Positions 60,363 through 64,000 of a stretch of DNA of 64,000 nt are shown here, piece by piece. Both the position numbers and the translations under genes were made by a program. Numbering within the stretch: position 1 is the first letter of the stretch; the number at the start of each line of letters is the position of its first letter. Source of the stretch: Chrysomallon squamiferum (lineage: Eukaryota > Animalia > Mollusca). The stretch is from assembly GCA_012295275.1 (NCBI GenBank), contig CM022667.1, positions 17,422,001 through 17,486,000 of the forward strand. The letters are read 5' to 3'. Below the pieces are notes generated by a model, which searched no databases, had not been told where the DNA came from, and saw nothing but the letters and a program-made list of their open reading frames with translations.

Positions 60363-61280
60363 TACCAGGATGGAACAAAAGTTCATAGTTTTTTTTAAGT
60401 GAAAGTCAAAGAAAATATTTAGATCTTTTTACGCAGAGGTATTCAACCACAATTTTATTCCACTGTCTTTCACCATCTTTCAGGCAGCTTCACAATTCTA
60501 TTCTACAAGAACTTGGCATCTTTCTAGGATATGAACTAGTTTAATTGGTTTTCATAGGCTTCCAGAAAACTGAAGTTCTTCCTTTTTAGAAGAATTTTGT
60601 AGGGTTTGAAATAAGTGGAAATCTGAAGGAGCAAGGTCAGGGCAGTGCAGACTTTGTGATAGGATATCCCACTCAAGCTGTACCAGAGTCTGATTTTGTG
60701 GAAGAAGCTCATAAAACCTTTCCAGTCCCACCAGATACATAAAACTAACCTTCTTCGGTGTTTGCAATATTTAACTGTGATGCTTTATTTCATTTACTCC
60801 AGAACGTTTTTCTCTTCTCATTGTTATAAACACCACATATGTTTATTGTTTCCAAAACCTGGTCATTTTCGCTGCATTTGAGTATAGAATTGCAGATGGA
60901 AATGCGATCCATTAAACAATTTTTCCGTTACATACTGAAGCACCCAAATATCATACTTTCACATATCCAAATGTTACCAAAGCCTTACAATACTCATAAT
61001 TTTGAGATATGTGGAGTATCTCTGCAATGTCCTGTGTCATATGTTCTGGATGATGTTTAATTAGCATTTTGTTCTGATTATCATCAGTGATGTCAGGCAC
61101 ACTAGAATGTTCTCTGTCTTCCACTTCTGAACTTAGCAAACCCCTAACGAAAGTACTCTCAGCGTTACATATCTTCATAAATAGATCATTTTTTTTTTTT
61201 TTTTGCTAATAGTATAGCATTTTTCCTTTCCAGAAATAAAAGAGCATCAAAAGATAAAAATCCATCTCATTTTTCTCCAT
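60363..61280 (-). mobile_element. Degenerate mariner remnant (inverted-duplication copy)
   Basis: Reverse complement of 43560-44458, with an identical PDLAPSDFHLF ORF at 60552-60767. Confidence 0.8.
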
Positions 61281-62208
61281 CAAAAAAAAAAAAATTAAAT
61301 TAAATTTACAATCGATATACAAATCCCATAAAAAGATATAATGAAAAGTCACTTTTCAGAATATGTATATGTTATATAGATCATATGCTCAAACACCACC
61401 TAATGAAAAAAATATAAATTTTTGTTCCAAGCAAGTAAAATTCTTTTCACTTTGAAGTTATTATTTTATTTGATTACAATAAATGATATGATCATTTAGA
61501 GGCTGCATTTATTTTTGTTTACATTAGGAAGACATCTTTGTGCAAAACATCTTTCTCTTGGTGATAAAAACATGAATTCCTAGCCTAGCCATGTTTTATT
61601 ATTAATCAACACTGAATGTCAGAAGACAAATAAAACTTAATATGGAGGTGTGCAAAATATATTTAAAAACCTTTTAAGTCATTATTTTTTAGTATGTATT
61701 TTTCTTTACTTACTTATTATTATATCATCATTGTCTGACTGATACTCATCCAAGAAAAGATATATTTTTATAAACAAAGTTCAATATTATAGATAGATTT
61801 TTTTAAAGTTTTTTTTTTGGGGGGGGTTTTGATGGGGATTCTTTCCCCATGAAGCTAATCTGATATATAATTTCTTATCCACGATAATCATTGTAGTTGT
61901 AACAAATTCAAAAGATTATTTCATGTAATGCATTCATAATCAGCTTCATAGTATTTATGGACATGTTGTAACATATGCAATAGTTCCATCATTAGTAACA
62001 AATCAAACAAATTAACTGCAGGTTGAGGATTCCTTATCTGAATTTCAAAATCCAAAAAGAATTTTGGATATGTGATCCTTAACAAATATTATAATACATT
62101 TTTTTTTAAAATCATAGATTGAGAGAGTTATAAAATGCAATATTCTTCATTTCCTTTTTTTTTTTTTTAAAAGTTTTAAAAAAACAACCTAATAATAATA
62201 ATTATAAT

Positions 62209-62256
<48 letters not shown>

Positions 62257-62912
62257 GTCAAAAACATGAAAAGATGAACAATAATCCTCCTTAGGATATT
62301 CTCTGTATTATTACTTTTCTACCTTGATTATAATACAATATTGCCAAATATCTCAGAATGCTAAACCTTTTTACAACAAAAGATGGCTCCTCCTTCAAGA
62401 CAAAATTTAATATACAGGTCATTGTGTAGTCTTAGTGCAATTTTAAATTTGTATAATTTCTGATCTATGGATGACAGAAATGACCTGTGAAAAACATGAG
62501 AAAAAGAATGTTTTGGTTTTTAAATATATAGAGATTCTTTATTTTAAAAATGACCATTGTTTTTATGGTATAACTGAAAATTGGCTTAAAAAAATGACTT
62601 CGTAATTGTACTTCATTTGTTTCTATTTTTTGAGTAGATTCTATTTTATTTATTTATTTATTTTTCCTGTTTACAAAATCTATTTAGAAATTAAAATATT
62701 TACTTATTTATACCGAATTTAAGATGAGACTGATTTCTATATTAATATATTTTTAATTTTTGTAATCACTGGATAAACCAAAAGCAACACTAGTTAAGCT
62801 AATTGATTCTACAAGCAGTCATATTTCAGACCAGTTTTCAACTATAGCAAGATCCTTGCTTCCACAAACCAAATGGTTAAAAATCTTCCTATTTTTACGT
62901 TTCTGGTAATTG

Positions 62913-62955
<43 letters not shown>

Positions 62956-63797
62956 CAGGTTTGTTAAAAATATTTTCACCAATTTCAACCTATGTAACAG
63001 GTGTTTCTGTCATTCATTTATTTATTTATTTATTTATTTTAGTAGTGACTATTATTGTTTTATGTCATAGTGAAAAACTGAAATATCACATTATTATTTT
63101 TATTATTTTTCAATTACAATTGTAATTTTTTAATTATTTTATTTTATTTTATTTTTATTTTTATTTTCCTTGTTATTTTACGTATTGTCAAATGAAATGT
63201 TTAAACATTTTTTTTAATATCTTTACCAACAGGAGATTTATAAAAAAAAAATACAGTTAAACAGCATGCTGAATATAGTGACTGGACACCAACTGTTCCA
63301 AGTAAACATTTAGTTACTTTAAGAATATTTTTGTTGATGCAGATTTTTGTTGTTAGTAATTTTCTTTTTTCTTTTGTACAATATATATATATTTCTACTG
63401 TGATTTCAGGCTGAATATTATTTTTGTGTCCAATTTTAAAGATTAATAAAATTAAAATCTAGGTTTTACATGAACTTCCACTATTTATTATATTTTACTC
63501 TCAAAATTGTCTTGAAACTGACAAAATGGATTTAGACATTACAGTAAGAATTCACAACAAAAAAACACAAATACAAAAAAGTGCGCTTTACCATCTTCTG
63601 GGATTGTGTCACACAGCTAAAAACCTTATGATTCAAGGCAGCTGCAGGAAATAAGAATGGAAAACATTCACACAAATTGATGGCTTTGGTTTATAATATT
63701 TTACCTGGGTAACAAAACAGATTCATACAGAAAAAAATGTATATAAAATGGTGGAAGTTCTGTATGAAAGATGATTTAAATTTTTTTTAAAAGTGTT

Positions 63798-63842
<45 letters not shown>

Positions 63843-63948
63843 TATATTGTCGTATAACCTTAGGATCTTGGCAAAAAAATGATCAACTTGAATCAAAAAG
63901 TAACCTTTTTAAATTTCCTTATTTATTCCATTTATTTTATATTTTATA

Positions 63949-64000
<52 letters not shown>

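Larger units (their letters stand above)
51550..61360. repeat. Right arm of the inverted duplication; carries an extra transposon (52428-55047) and an extra ~56.6-58.6 kb segment with RPP40 exon 1
   Basis: Homology to the left arm starts at ATCTTTTTTTTAAGAAC (~51550) and fades near 61280-61360. Confidence 0.88.

Overview
AT-rich, microsatellite-dense eukaryotic DNA with GT-AG introns. The gene content suggests a mollusc, plausibly an octopod cephalopod (inference). In order the window holds: (1) three tandem 4-exon secreted tyrosinase-like genes with a C-terminal chitin-binding-like domain (3.2-22.2 kb); copies 2 and 3 are near-identical, but copy 3 has lost two of its three CuA histidines while staying in frame; (2) POMGNT2 with a single coding exon; (3) an 8-exon IMPA1; (4) orphan minus-strand exons encoding a transmembrane C-terminus; (5) a family of 3-exon genes, visible only as fragments in the ORF track, for ~150-aa cysteine-poor secreted proteins (39.4 kb +, 46.0 kb -, a frameshifted copy at 58.8 kb +, and an exon-1 remnant at 56.6 kb), whose motif pattern recalls bacterial polymorphic-toxin RNase-like domains and which shows strongly amino-acid-changing divergence; (6) a complete 8-exon RPP40 on the minus strand inside a large inverted duplication (arms ~43.5-48.7 kb and ~51.5-61.4 kb) that also created a headless RPP40 fragment; (7) a pogo-superfamily DD35D transposon in RPP40 intron 2, duplicated mariner remnants and several minisatellites. 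All exon boundaries were read by eye and checked for phase. No database searches were run.
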